Shown: in pieces, positions 32,705-43,052 of the stretch
Layout: the number at the start of each line of letters is the position of its first letter
How positions within the stretch are numbered: the stretch's first letter is position 1
DNA from: Caldisericota bacterium
GTDB lineage: Bacteria; Caldisericota; Caldisericia; UBA6126; JAGPKI01
DNA: 64,000 nt
Assembly: GCA_052034135.1 (NCBI GenBank)
Contig: JBPOJC010000013.1
Coordinates: 62,538 to 126,537 of the forward strand
Direction of reading: 5' to 3'
Position numbers and translations under genes: made by a program
Notes under the pieces: generated by a model
What the model saw: the letters and a program-made list of their open reading frames with translations, nothing else
Database searches by the model: none
What the model was told of the DNA's origin: nothing

Positions 32705-33226
32705 ATGTTGACTCCGCTTGAACTTTCTAAAAAAGTATTTAAAAATGCATTTGTTGGAGGATATGACAAAGAAGACGTAAATAACTTTCTAAAACATGTT
32801 CGCAATGACTATGAAGAACTTTACAAAAGTGTTATAGATATGGGAGAAGAAATAAATAGGTTAAACTCAGAACTTGAACGTTATAGAAGTACAAGTGAAC
32901 AACTACAAAAGGCTTTAACGCTCGCACAAAAAACAGCCGATGACATTAAGCTTGCTGCTAATAGACAGGCAGACTTAGTAATTATGCAAGCAAACATAAA
33001 AGCAGAACAAATTAAAAACGAGGCAATAGAAAAACTAAAATTATTAAATGAGCACTACACACAATTTAGTTCTGAATTTAATGCTTATTTGGAAACTTTT
33101 ATGAAATTACTTAAAAAACTTGATGAAAAATTCGATACCATTTCATCTTTAAATATTGAAGAGGAAAACTTAGAATCAGTACAACTAAATGAATCAAGCA
33201 GCCAAGAGGAAAATCAAGAGCAATAA
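32705..33226 (+). CDS. divIVA: DivIVA-domain cell-division protein.
   Basis: The N-terminus LTPLELSKKVFKNAFVGGYDKEDVNNFL is the DivIVA lipid-binding domain. A coiled coil follows. Confidence 0.8.
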   Translation: MLTPLELSKKVFKNAFVGGYDKEDVNNFLKHVRNDYEELYKSVIDMGEEINRLNSELERYRSTSEQLQKALTLAQKTADDIKLAANRQADLVIMQANIKAEQIKNEAIEKLKLLNEHYTQFSSEFNAYLETFMKLLKKLDEKFDTISSLNIEEENLESVQLNESSSQEENQEQ

Positions 33227-33677
33227 ATACCTCTTCTGGTTAAATATATCAATTATATTCGCTGTTATATTTCTTGACAGGATAACAAAGTTACTTGTTT
33301 TGAATCTTAAAGGTAGCTTAAAAATATTTTCTTTTCTTGAAATAGTACTTGTAAAAAACGAAGGTATTGTTTTTGGGATGTTTTCTGATAGTAATTTAAA
33401 TAATTTATTTATAATAAGCTCCATTATTTCAATATTGATTATCATTTTAATATTTTACAAATTAGCTAAAAACAGTCCTTTAACTTGTCTTCTATCAATG
33501 ATAATCGGAGGGGCAGTAGGTAATATTATCGACAGAATCCTTTATGGCTATGTTGTAGATTTTATAAAGGTAGATTCATTTTATGTATTCAACATAGCTG
33601 ATGCATCTATAACAATTGGGAGTATTTTGCTCATTATTTATGTAATATTTTATGGAAACGAATTTAAAAGAATTTAA
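33189..33677 (+). CDS. lspA: Lipoprotein signal peptidase II. The true start is likely downstream of the annotated Met.
   Basis: It has 4 TM segments and conserved N/D residues (NxGxxFG-like VKNEGIVFGMF, FNIAD). Confidence 0.7.
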   Translation: MNQAAKRKIKSNKYLFWLNISIIFAVIFLDRITKLLVLNLKGSLKIFSFLEIVLVKNEGIVFGMFSDSNLNNLFIISSIISILIIILIFYKLAKNSPLTCLLSMIIGGAVGNIIDRILYGYVVDFIKVDSFYVFNIADASITIGSILLIIYVIFYGNEFKRI

Positions 33678-34587
33678 AGTATCTGAAGAAGAATATAACG
33701 AGAGGCTTGATGTATTTTTAAGTAAAAAATTAAATATATCCCGCAGTAAGATCATTTCACTTATAAAAGATAATAGGGTAAAGGTAAACACTGTTAGCGT
33801 TAAACCTTCTTACTTAGTAAAAAAAGATGACCATATAGTTGTAGAACTACACTATAAAGAAAATAATAATTTAAAACCAGAAAATATACCTTTGGATATT
33901 GTTTATGAAGATAATAACTTAATAATCATTAACAAACCAAGAGGTATGCTTACCCATCCAACTCCAAAAGTTAAAAGCGGAACGTTGGTTAATGCTCTGC
34001 TCTACTATACGAAAGATTTATCGTTAGATTTTGGGGTTGAGAGAGCTGGCATAGTACACAGGCTTGATAAAGATACTTCAGGATTACTTATTATTACAAA
34101 AAATAGTGAAACCCACAAGTATATCGCAAATCTTCTAAAAGAAAGAAAAATAGAAAAGCGCTATCTTGCACTTGTTTATGGTAATTTTAATGAAAATTTT
34201 GCGAGAATATCTATTCCTTTGGCAAATGACCATAAATTGAGACGTATTAAAGTTTCAAGAGTTGGTAAATTTGCGCTTACAGATATAAATGTTAAAAAAA
34301 GATTTGGTGATTATACTCTCTTAGATATAAGAATACATACAGGAAGAACCCACCAGATAAGAGTTCATCTTGCTCACATAGGACATCCTATAGTAGGTGA
34401 CAATGTTTACGGATTTAAAAATAAGAATGAAGGTATTGAAGGTCAATTACTGCATTCATATAAATTGAGTTTTGTATTGCCAGAATCTAACGAAGTTTCT
34501 ACTTTTATTGCCCCATTACCAAAAGAATTTTCCGATTTTCTATATAAAATACGTCATAAATATCCACTAAATACTGATATAATTTAA
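33652..34587 (+). CDS. rluD: RluA-family 23S rRNA pseudouridine synthase (RluD-like, with N-terminal S4 domain).
   Basis: It has an S4 domain (LDVFLSKKL..SRSKI) and the catalytic HRLDKDTSGLL motif. Confidence 0.85.
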   Translation: METNLKEFKVSEEEYNERLDVFLSKKLNISRSKIISLIKDNRVKVNTVSVKPSYLVKKDDHIVVELHYKENNNLKPENIPLDIVYEDNNLIIINKPRGMLTHPTPKVKSGTLVNALLYYTKDLSLDFGVERAGIVHRLDKDTSGLLIITKNSETHKYIANLLKERKIEKRYLALVYGNFNENFARISIPLANDHKLRRIKVSRVGKFALTDINVKKRFGDYTLLDIRIHTGRTHQIRVHLAHIGHPIVGDNVYGFKNKNEGIEGQLLHSYKLSFVLPESNEVSTFIAPLPKEFSDFLYKIRHKYPLNTDII

Positions 34588-34658
34588 ATAAATTTAGAAA
34601 ATAGTTGTTCTTAAGAATTTAAAAAATTAAACATTAAAATGATAATTAATAAAGTTTT

Positions 34659-34686
34659 TTGACTTAAAACAAGGATTAGATAAAAT
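34659..34686 (+). promoter_or_regulatory. Candidate sigma70-type promoter for smpB (TTGACT-16 nt-TAAAAT).
   Basis: The -35 TTGACT is at 34659..34664 and the -10 TAAAAT at 34681..34686, about 50 nt upstream of the smpB start. This is inferred by eye only. Confidence 0.35.
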
Positions 34687-34735
34687 TTTTATTGACGCGT
34701 AGTTATAAAGATAAGAATTTAAGAGATATTATAAA

Positions 34736-35197
34736 ATGCGAATGGTGGATAAAAATTCAGACAAAATAAAGATTATAGCAAAAAATAAACGTGCAGAATA
34801 CCTATATACAATATTTGATAAATGGGAGGCTGGTATTGTTCTAACAGGAGCTGAAGTCAAAGGCGTAAGAAAGGGAAATATTGCATTTAAAGATAGTTAT
34901 GTTGAACCAATAAATAATGAGCTTTATATCGTTGGTCTTTATATATCACCTGAAAATTCACCATTTAAAATTAATCCTGATAGAAAAAGGAAACTTTTAC
35001 TGCATAGACGTGAAATAAATAAAATAATTGGTAGAATAACAGAAAAGGGTTACACTGTCGTTCCTTTATCAATTTATATTAAGAATAATTTAGTAAAAGT
35101 TCAAATTGGCCTTGCAAAGGGGAAAAGAAAATATGATAAAAAAGAAAAGATTAAACAAAGAGATCTCGATAGAGAAATAAAAAGTTTAAAATGGTAG
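34736..35197 (+). CDS. smpB: SsrA-binding protein.
   Basis: The SmpB core motifs are conserved (GIVLTGAEVKS-like GIVLTGAEVKG; the C-terminal basic tail KRKYDKKEKIKQRD). Confidence 0.9.
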   Translation: MRMVDKNSDKIKIIAKNKRAEYLYTIFDKWEAGIVLTGAEVKGVRKGNIAFKDSYVEPINNELYIVGLYISPENSPFKINPDRKRKLLLHRREINKIIGRITEKGYTVVPLSIYIKNNLVKVQIGLAKGKRKYDKKEKIKQRDLDREIKSLKW

Positions 35198-35210
35198 GTG
35201 AAGCAAAATT

Positions 35211-38200
35211 ATGAAAAACTTTTTCTTAAGGATCATTTCAATTATATGTATATTGATTATTACATTTCCAATTTTCAGTGCATTCCCTTTTGATGTCAGA
35301 GGAGATACCTTAAAATACGCAGTTGTTACACCAAAAATTAATGTTAGAAATGCTCCATCTCTATCAGCTGATATAATTTATGTTATTGAAGAAAGAGGAG
35401 AATTTTTAATAACACGTGAAACAAAAGATACTGATGGCAAATTATGGTATAAAGTCAAAATAAATGATAATCTTGAAGGATTCATTGCTTCATGGGTTGT
35501 AGATAGAATAAAAACTGTTCAAACAGAAACAGAGGTAAAAGGAAAAATTGCAATAATTGAAAGTGGCGTAAGAATTCGCACAGAACCTTCTACGGATTCT
35601 GAAATAAAACTTATCGTAAGCGAAAGAGTCGAAAAAGAAATATATGCTGAAATAAAAGATTCTCAAAATCAATTGTGGTATAAAATTAAACTTAATGACG
35701 GCTCTTTTGGATGGGTAGCATCATGGGTAGTTGAAATTAAAGCTAACGTAGAGAATACAAAAAGTGCCAGCACAAAACTAATTATCATTGATCCACCTGT
35801 TAATTTAAGAAAAGGTCCTGGACTTAAATATGAATTAGTTACAGCTATCAATAGCCATCTTGAAACAAGAGGAATATATGAGGCAAAAGATGAATTTGAT
35901 AGAATTTGGTATATGATTAAATTACCGAATGGCGTTGAGGGATGGGTTGCATCCTGGGTGGTCACAGTAAAAGAATATAGCGAAGAAAAGACTCCAGTAT
36001 CTGATAAAGTAGCTGTCATCGATCCAATAGTAAATGTTCGCGATGCTCCGAGTATCGATGGGAAAATTATTACTACTATTAGTAGCAGAGGGGAATTTCA
36101 GATACTTTATCAGGGTAAAGATGTTAATGGAAAGATCTGGTATGAAATAAAACTTTCAAATGGCACTGGATGGGTTGCATCATGGGTTATACAGGTAAAG
36201 AGTAAAAAAGGAGAAGCAGAAACAAACGATTCAGTTAATGTTCGCAAAGGTCCGGGAACAAATTTTGAAAAACTTTTTGAAATGCCTGCTAATTCTGAAG
36301 TGACAATATTAGGAAGTGCTTATATTTCAAGTGGTGAATATTGGCTTGCTATACAATCACAAGATAAAAAAGGGTGGGTTTTAAGTTCACTAATATCTTC
36401 TGTTAAGAAAGATAATCTTGTAAGCATTGAGAGGGTTGGAGCCACTTTTTCTATTTCTCAAAATATTATAATTGAAGTTTATGAAGGTCCTGAAAAAAGT
36501 TACAAAAGAAAGGGTACGCTTGACTCTAAATTTGGTGTTATATCAATTGTTGGAGTTGCAAAAAATTTCCAGGGTGAATTATGGTATCAAATAAAAGGAA
36601 CAAAGTTTGATGAATCATGGGTAGATAACCAAAGTATTGCTCTATTTCTAAAGGAAAACGATTATAAGCAGCACAAAATAACAGGGTTATCATGGGCTTT
36701 AAAGTCAAAAGGTATTGCTTTATCTATAGCTTTCGATGAAGATGGTACTTATGAATTCAATAGTTTTGTATTGGATAATCCTTTAAGGTTTGTAATTGAT
36801 ATAAAGAATTCGATTCTATTTCAAAAAGAGTATGCCGAAGAAATTAACAAAGAAAATATCTCTAAGGTTAAAGCAACACAATTTTCTGTAAATCCAAATA
36901 TTGTAAGGATTGTTCTTGATCTTGGAAAAAATCTTTCTTACATAGTCACGAAAGAAAAGGGTAAGCTTGTAATAGAACTGACTGATTATTCAGAATACTC
37001 CGGACCAAAGCTTTTCATTGGTGGAACAGAGATTGAAAATAATTTACTACTTAAGTATTATAATAATGTACTTTATGTTCCATTGTACATCTTTTCAAAT
37101 ATGACAGGAGGAATAATTTCCTGGGATGAAAAAAGTAAAGAAGCAATATTTAAACTCTACAACAAAGAGTATAGATTCAAGTCAGGAGATATGTATATTT
37201 TCATTAAAGGACCTGAACATGAAAGCAGGCTTGAAATTAATAATCCAATTACTATTTTAAATGACACTCTTTACGTTGCAGTTTCTGACTGCGGAAAAAT
37301 ATTCTCACTTACATACACTAATTTTTCCAATCTTCACTATCTTGATAATACAATAACTGGAATTTACTTGAAAGAAGCAAAAGAAGGGAAAATATTAACA
37401 ACAGAATACGCTTTACCAGCTAAAGTTGAATTAAAAAAAGATGGAAATACACTCAATGTCATAAACAAAAATACACTCCTTGGAAGTTCAATTAAAATTC
37501 CAGATGATGAAATTATTGCTAAAATTATTTCAAACAAAAGAGGACAAAGCCAACAAGCTGAATCAGTGATTCAACTTAATATATCGAAACTTCCAAGATA
37601 TGAGTCAGCATTTCTTTACGATAACCACCAATTAATTCTTACTCTTAAATCAGGCAAGAGTAAAGGCATAGAGGGTAAATTAATTATTGTTGATGCAGGG
37701 CATGGTGCTTTTTCTGAAGATGGCTATTATGACACAGGCGCTATTGGACCAACTGGATTACTTGAAAGCACAGTTAATTTAAAAGTAGCACTAAAACTAA
37801 AAGACCTATTGGAAAAAGAAGGCGCAAAAGTAATTTTAACGAGAGAAAAAGAGCAGGATAAAAATAGCCCAACTCTTGAAAAAAGAGTTGAAGATGCAAA
37901 TAAGAGTGGAGCAGACCTGTTTATTTCAATTCATCAAAATGCCTCTGTTGATCAAAAAGCAAGTGGTACTGAAGTCTATTATTACAATGACAACTCTTCA
38001 CCAATTGCACAGTTTATTTTAGATGCATTGTGCTCAAAAATTGGGCTTATTTCTCGTGGAGTTAAAAAGAGAGGTTTTGCTGTAACGCAGGATATAACCG
38101 TTATGCCCTCAATACTTGTTGAGTGCGCATTTATATCAAATCCTGCAGAAGAGAAATTACTTGGAAGCGATAGTTTTTTAAATTTGATAGCAGAAGGATT

Positions 38201-38234
38201 GCTCGTTGGAGTAAAAAAGTTTTTTGAAAGCTAA
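35211..38234 (+). CDS. Secreted multi-SH3b-repeat cell-wall hydrolase with a C-terminal N-acetylmuramoyl-L-alanine amidase (Amidase_3) domain.
   Basis: There is a signal peptide and six SH3b-like repeats (WYKVKINDNLEGFIASWVV and variants). The C-terminal amidase_3 motifs are IIVDAGHGA...DTGAIGP...E...H. Confidence 0.8.
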   Translation: MKNFFLRIISIICILIITFPIFSAFPFDVRGDTLKYAVVTPKINVRNAPSLSADIIYVIEERGEFLITRETKDTDGKLWYKVKINDNLEGFIASWVVDRIKTVQTETEVKGKIAIIESGVRIRTEPSTDSEIKLIVSERVEKEIYAEIKDSQNQLWYKIKLNDGSFGWVASWVVEIKANVENTKSASTKLIIIDPPVNLRKGPGLKYELVTAINSHLETRGIYEAKDEFDRIWYMIKLPNGVEGWVASWVVTVKEYSEEKTPVSDKVAVIDPIVNVRDAPSIDGKIITTISSRGEFQILYQGKDVNGKIWYEIKLSNGTGWVASWVIQVKSKKGEAETNDSVNVRKGPGTNFEKLFEMPANSEVTILGSAYISSGEYWLAIQSQDKKGWVLSSLISSVKKDNLVSIERVGATFSISQNIIIEVYEGPEKSYKRKGTLDSKFGVISIVGVAKNFQGELWYQIKGTKFDESWVDNQSIALFLKENDYKQHKITGLSWALKSKGIALSIAFDEDGTYEFNSFVLDNPLRFVIDIKNSILFQKEYAEEINKENISKVKATQFSVNPNIVRIVLDLGKNLSYIVTKEKGKLVIELTDYSEYSGPKLFIGGTEIENNLLLKYYNNVLYVPLYIFSNMTGGIISWDEKSKEAIFKLYNKEYRFKSGDMYIFIKGPEHESRLEINNPITILNDTLYVAVSDCGKIFSLTYTNFSNLHYLDNTITGIYLKEAKEGKILTTEYALPAKVELKKDGNTLNVINKNTLLGSSIKIPDDEIIAKIISNKRGQSQQAESVIQLNISKLPRYESAFLYDNHQLILTLKSGKSKGIEGKLIIVDAGHGAFSEDGYYDTGAIGPTGLLESTVNLKVALKLKDLLEKEGAKVILTREKEQDKNSPTLEKRVEDANKSGADLFISIHQNASVDQKASGTEVYYYNDNSSPIAQFILDALCSKIGLISRGVKKRGFAVTQDITVMPSILVECAFISNPAEEKLLGSDSFLNLIAEGLLVGVKKFFES

Positions 38235-38277
38235 AAACTTTCTTATAATATTTATAAAATAAATAAAATACTGATAT

Positions 38278-38351
38278 GCGCCTATAGCTCAACTGGATAG
38301 AGCGACGGTCTACGGAACCGTAGGTTGCAGGTTCAAATCCTGTTAGGCGCA
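38278..38351 (+). tRNA. tRNA-Arg (anticodon ACG).
   Basis: It folds into a cloverleaf by hand: acceptor GCGCCTA/TAGGCGC, D arm GCTC..GAGC, anticodon stem ACGGT/ACCGT with loop CTACGGA, and T arm GCAGG-TTCAAAT-CCTGT. It is 74 nt including the discriminator A. Confidence 0.85.
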
Positions 38352-38361
38352 GACTTTATAA

Positions 38362-38400
38362 ACTACAAATATTTCTTGAATAAGATTTTGTAGTTTTTAT
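38362..38400 (+). terminator. Candidate weak rho-independent terminator after the tRNA (an AT-rich stem followed by a T-run).
   Basis: The stem is actacaaa / tttgtagt, the loop is 17 nt, and TTTTTAT follows. The stem is AT-rich, so confidence is low. Confidence 0.3.
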
Positions 38401-39171
38401 CTCTAAACAATTAGAGGGAAAGAAGCAAATATTTATAAAAGACATTTTCAGTTTTAATAAATTACTGTTTAATTTTCTTAATTTTATTTGATAGCGTTAT
38501 AACGAAGTTAAGCTTATTACCATCAAATACATGCCTGCTTCTTTAGAAATTTTAGCAAGAAAAAAAGCTGTAATAACAAAATCTACAAGAACATAACTAA
38601 TTTGTACTATTACCGAAATTCATATTCAAAAGTTATTTAAGGCTTTCATAATGAAAGTCCCCTACCTTTTATTCCTATAAAGATATTTCTAAATCTTATT
38701 GAATTAAAAATGAAAATTAAAAGTGTTGTCTGTAATGTATAATTTACGGACATAAGATAAATTTTAATACTAATTTAATTAAAAAATATTTTTTTGATTT
38801 AATAAAAATTAATTTTTTAAAAGGTATGATAAATTAACTGTTTTTAATGAAGAAATCTTAAATTTGATAATAGAATCATAAACAAGGGCATATAATTTTA
38901 TTAAGGTATAAAATTATATTAAAGATAAATAACTTTTAAAATAGATATGTTTCTATGCTTGTTTTATTAGACAAATATTTTTACACGATTAATAAGAAAT
39001 AATAAAATATTTCATAACTTTTTCTAAATTCATTAAACTTATAGATATAAAAATCATGACTTACTGGATTATTTACCTTCGTCCTTAATTATTGAATGAT
39101 TGATTATTTTTATTTATAAAATAAAGTATTTAGCGAAACAAAAAAATTTTATCTCAACATAAAGGAGGTAA

Positions 39172-40776
39172 ATGATTTTGAAAAAAATTCTCATATTACT
39201 TTTAATAATTTATATTACAATTTTTAATATTCAATGTATAAACACCAATAAAGATGAAAAAATCACAGATCCGATAAAAATTGATACTGGTTTAATTTCA
39301 GGAATTTTACTCAATGAGAAAGAAAATATAAGGATTTATAGAGGAATACCTTATGCTTTCCCTCCTATCGGAGAAAATAGATGGAAACCACCTAAAGACC
39401 CAAAGCCTTGGGATGGAGTTAAAGAATGCATAAAATTTGGTCCAGTTTGTCCACAACCTAAATCTTCTTTAAGTACATTTGAAAGATCAAATAAATTTAG
39501 TGAAGATTGTTTATATTTAAATGTCTGGACACCAGCAAAATCTACTAATGATAAACTCCCTGTTATGGTTTGGATTCATGGTGGTATTTATTCAATTGGT
39601 TCTGGCTCTATGAGTATATACGATGGAGAGAATCTTTGCAAAAAGGGTGTTGTAGTAGTAACTATAAATTATAGACTCGGACCTTTTGGATTTTTTGCTC
39701 ATGAATCACTATCTGAGGAATCGGAACAAAAAGTTTCAGGTAATTATGGAATTCTGGATCAAATCTTTGCTTTAAAATGGATAAAAAAAAATATAAATGC
39801 ATTTGGAGGAAATCCAGAAAATATAACAATATTTGGTGAATCTGCAGGTGCTGGTAGTGTAACCTGTTTACTTGTTTCACCACTTTCAAAAGGATTATTC
39901 CATAAAGCTATAGCACAAAGTGGATCATATTATTTAAAGTGCAGAGATTTAAAAAAACATACTAACAATTTAGAACCAATGGAAAAAGTTGGTGAAAAAA
40001 TAACAAAGATGTTAAACTGTGATAAATCATTAGATGTTTTAAATTGTCTAAGATCTGTAACTGCAGAAAAATTATTAAATACAACTAATCCAGAATTGGA
40101 ATTATTTGGTAATGGAATAAAATTTGAGCCAGTAATTGATGGATATGTAATACCTGATATTCCTTCAGTTCTCTTTGAGAAAGGTTTATACAATAAAGTT
40201 CCATTTCTTACGGGAACAAATGCAGATGAAGGAACAATTCTTGCCCCAGACCTAGATGATATAAGTATTAATGGATATGAAGCATTTATTAAACTTACTT
40301 TTGGAGAGAAATATGAAGAAGATATTTTTAATTTCTTTCCAGCGAAAACAGACAAAGATGTGCCAAATGCATTGAATAAACTAATTACTGTCTCAGCCTT
40401 TGTTACTCCGGCAAGAGAAATAATAAGAGAAATATCCAAATCAGAAGATAATTGTTTTCTTTATCATTTTGTAAGAGTTCCGCTATTTTCAAAAAAAGCT
40501 AATCTTGGTTCATTTCATGGTCTTGAGATACCATATGTATTCCAAAATCTTGGTGAACCTTTTACTGAAAAAGACAAAGAGATCTCAAGAATAATGAGTA
40601 AATATTGGGTAAATTTTGCAAGAAGTGGAGATCCAAATTCTAATGAATTATTTTTATGGGAAAAATATAATGAAACAGGTGACAAAAACATAGAAATAGG
40701 TGAGGTAATTAAGATAAATGCTAACCTTTATAAAAATGAGTGCGATTTATTTGCTAAAATTTACAATGAATGGTAG
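39172..40776 (+). CDS. Secreted/lipoprotein type-B carboxylesterase (para-nitrobenzyl esterase-like alpha/beta hydrolase).
   Basis: There is a signal peptide with a lipobox-like CINT. The nucleophile elbow is GESAGAGS, an oxyanion HGG motif is present, and it is 534 aa. A strong RBS AAGGAGG lies upstream. Confidence 0.8.
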   Translation: MILKKILILLLIIYITIFNIQCINTNKDEKITDPIKIDTGLISGILLNEKENIRIYRGIPYAFPPIGENRWKPPKDPKPWDGVKECIKFGPVCPQPKSSLSTFERSNKFSEDCLYLNVWTPAKSTNDKLPVMVWIHGGIYSIGSGSMSIYDGENLCKKGVVVVTINYRLGPFGFFAHESLSEESEQKVSGNYGILDQIFALKWIKKNINAFGGNPENITIFGESAGAGSVTCLLVSPLSKGLFHKAIAQSGSYYLKCRDLKKHTNNLEPMEKVGEKITKMLNCDKSLDVLNCLRSVTAEKLLNTTNPELELFGNGIKFEPVIDGYVIPDIPSVLFEKGLYNKVPFLTGTNADEGTILAPDLDDISINGYEAFIKLTFGEKYEEDIFNFFPAKTDKDVPNALNKLITVSAFVTPAREIIREISKSEDNCFLYHFVRVPLFSKKANLGSFHGLEIPYVFQNLGEPFTEKDKEISRIMSKYWVNFARSGDPNSNELFLWEKYNETGDKNIEIGEVIKINANLYKNECDLFAKIYNEW

Positions 40777-40917
40777 CTTTTAACAAGCAATAAAATTACT
40801 TTTTAATATCATAAATATCGGAATATAGTAATTAATTTAGTTAATAAGCTTTACTTTTTCTCTAACTTTCTATAGAAATCTCAAAATTTTTTATAAAGCA
40901 TTTCCGCTAAAGTCAGA

Positions 40918-41403
40918 CTAACCTTCAATTAAATATTTTTCATAGTCCTTTACCTTAGGTGGTTTCTTGCCTTTAGCAGGGATAATCGTGAAACCTTCTT
41001 TTTCTAAATGCTTTGCTTGAGCATCAACACCACCAGGATATTTTTCGTTTAATTCTCCACCTGTTTTTAATGTCCTCCAGTAAGGTATGGGTTTCTTTTT
41101 TATTCCTTTCTCTACCTCCTCTTCTGCAGCATTTGCAGAAATCCAGGCAAATATTCCAGTAGTAAGAGGACAGCCAATTGTTGCATTGTGTTTTTTTGCA
41201 AGGATTTTTCTAACTTCACTAATAGTCAAAAGTTTCCCCTTCGGAACACTTGCCATAATTTCATAAACCTCTTCTGGAGCAGGGATAACAAATGTACCTT
41301 CTCCCCATCTTTTGCTCATACTCTCAGTTATCTCAGAAACTTTAGGTAACCCGTTACTTTCATGTAATTTCTCAATCCAGGATTTATGATTTTTTTTGTC
41401 CAT
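40918..41403 (-). CDS. Hypothetical protein (161 aa). No family is recognised with confidence.
   Basis: The ORF is intact and the N-terminus is conserved-looking. It shows only a weak resemblance to small nucleic-acid-binding domains. Confidence 0.4.
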   Translation of the reverse strand: MDKKNHKSWIEKLHESNGLPKVSEITESMSKRWGEGTFVIPAPEEVYEIMASVPKGKLLTISEVRKILAKKHNATIGCPLTTGIFAWISANAAEEEVEKGIKKKPIPYWRTLKTGGELNEKYPGGVDAQAKHLEKEGFTIIPAKGKKPPKVKDYEKYLIEG

Positions 41404-41519
41404 ACTAATCTCCCTTCTTTTTGCTTTAAGATTTCAAAACAATTCAATTTTACCATTTAAAAGTGATATGGTAAAATTATTAAAACCTTTTTATAAAAAT
41501 AATAAAAAAGGAGATTAAT

Positions 41520-42458
41520 ATGAGAAAGACAAATAAATCATCTCTAATAGCTACTTTCCTTACGCTTTTTATTATTCCTTTATCAGTCAACAACTTTTCA
41601 TTAAGTTGTAAACCTGATCTTAATAAAAGCGTAGAAGATGAATTTCAAAAAACAATCTCCATTTCAGCTCCACTTGAATTAGAAATAAACATTTCACAGG
41701 GTAATATAAATATAACAAGAGGTAATGATAAAGAATTAAAAATAAATTCAAAATATAAAGTATTAGGAACAAAAGAAGAAGAGCTAAAAATCATAGCCGA
41801 GAACATAAAAAAAGATCCTCCAATTGATATAAAGAGTAATAAAATAAAAATAGGAAATTTAAAGAAATATAATATTGATGGATGGTTTTCCGAAGAAAAG
41901 GTTATTATGGACTTGGATATATACGCTCCTGCGGAAACTACTGTTATTGCTGAAACAGGTCTTGGAAACATCAATATAACAAGCCTTGGAAGTAATGTGA
42001 AAGCAATAACTGGTTCAGGTAGCATAAAAATAGAAAATGCTAAATCTGCTAATGCTAAAACTGGAAGTGGTTACGTTAAAATCGTAGTAATAGCCAATGA
42101 TGTTAATGTAATAGCAGGAAAAGGCACTATTGAGCTTGCAATGCTTAACGGAAATATAAATGCAAAGACGGGCTACGGTGACATTACTATAAATTCCACA
42201 ATTAACGAAGGAAAAAAATGGATTTTAGATAGCGGAATAGGAGATGTTGAATTAAAGCTTTCTCCTGGATCTACTTTTTCTTTTTCTTGTCTAACGGGTC
42301 TTGGAAAGGTTGATTTTAAAATTAAAGGCGAAATAACTGAAAAAACAGAAAAAAAAGTGGAAGGGAAAGTTGGAACAAATCCAACTTCTTCATTAAGTAT
42401 AAAAGTAGGTAAAGGAGATATAATGATCGAAGAATCAATTGTTTCAATTAGTATATGA
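41520..42458 (+). CDS. Secreted DUF4097-like beta-helical repeat protein (putative adhesin/cell-envelope stress protein family).
   Basis: There is a signal peptide. It has many short repeats of the form G.G.I.I (GSGSIKIEN, GSGYVKIVV, GKGTIELAM, GYGDITINS, GIGDVELKL). Confidence 0.5.
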   Translation: MRKTNKSSLIATFLTLFIIPLSVNNFSLSCKPDLNKSVEDEFQKTISISAPLELEINISQGNINITRGNDKELKINSKYKVLGTKEEELKIIAENIKKDPPIDIKSNKIKIGNLKKYNIDGWFSEEKVIMDLDIYAPAETTVIAETGLGNINITSLGSNVKAITGSGSIKIENAKSANAKTGSGYVKIVVIANDVNVIAGKGTIELAMLNGNINAKTGYGDITINSTINEGKKWILDSGIGDVELKLSPGSTFSFSCLTGLGKVDFKIKGEITEKTEKKVEGKVGTNPTSSLSIKVGKGDIMIEESIVSISI

Positions 42459-42629
42459 TATTAATCAAAAAAACTAAAAGAAGCATCATTCTTATACATC
42501 AAAAAATTGTGTTTTTGGAAATAAAAAGTGTTTACATAGCAATAAAGCAAAGTTTATGCTGAAATACCAAAAGTATTGAGAATAACTTATTAAACCAGCA
42601 CCTGTCTAAAGAAAGTAACTAAAATATAA

Positions 42630-43049
42630 TTAAAAAGCTAATAAGTTTAAACCTATATCTTCATTTCTTTCGCGATAGATTTCTCCATCAAAAATATCTA
42701 TTACTGCTTCCAATGTACCACTAATGATAGCGCTATTTAAGTGTCCTCCGATTACTTTGAATTCGTCATTTGCAAGGTTTACATGAAGGTGCAAGTAAAT
42801 TTCTCCATTCATTACAGACACATTCCCAAGTAAACTAGTAATTTCATGGTTACCCACTATTTTCTCAGTTTTGTAAACCTTATTTGATACATCGTAAACA
42901 CCAATTTCAGCATTATCTGTTGCACCAATACCCGAGATTATTCCTGCTTTAATATTATTGTCATTACAAATTTGTTTTATAGAGCTTACTATTTCTTCTC
43001 CACGATCAACTCTAAATATAATTTTGTTTGCTATTCTTTTATAAATCAT
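42630..43049 (-). CDS. DUF296 (PPC) domain protein. It is the last gene of the Hdr/Frd operon.
   Basis: It is ~139 aa with a beta-rich pattern and GG.H residues typical of the PPC domain. It lies 4 nt downstream of the malic enzyme gene on the same strand. Confidence 0.5.
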   Translation of the reverse strand: MIYKRIANKIIFRVDRGEEIVSSIKQICNDNNIKAGIISGIGATDNAEIGVYDVSNKVYKTEKIVGNHEITSLLGNVSVMNGEIYLHLHVNLANDEFKVIGGHLNSAIISGTLEAVIDIFDGEIYRERNEDIGLNLLAF

Positions 43050-43052
43050 TCC

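Noticed and set aside
34693-34721. A second TTGACG -35-like box upstream of smpB.
   Set aside because: No acceptable -10 hexamer lies at 16-18 nt spacing. The TTGACT-16-TAAAAT candidate 30 nt upstream is better.
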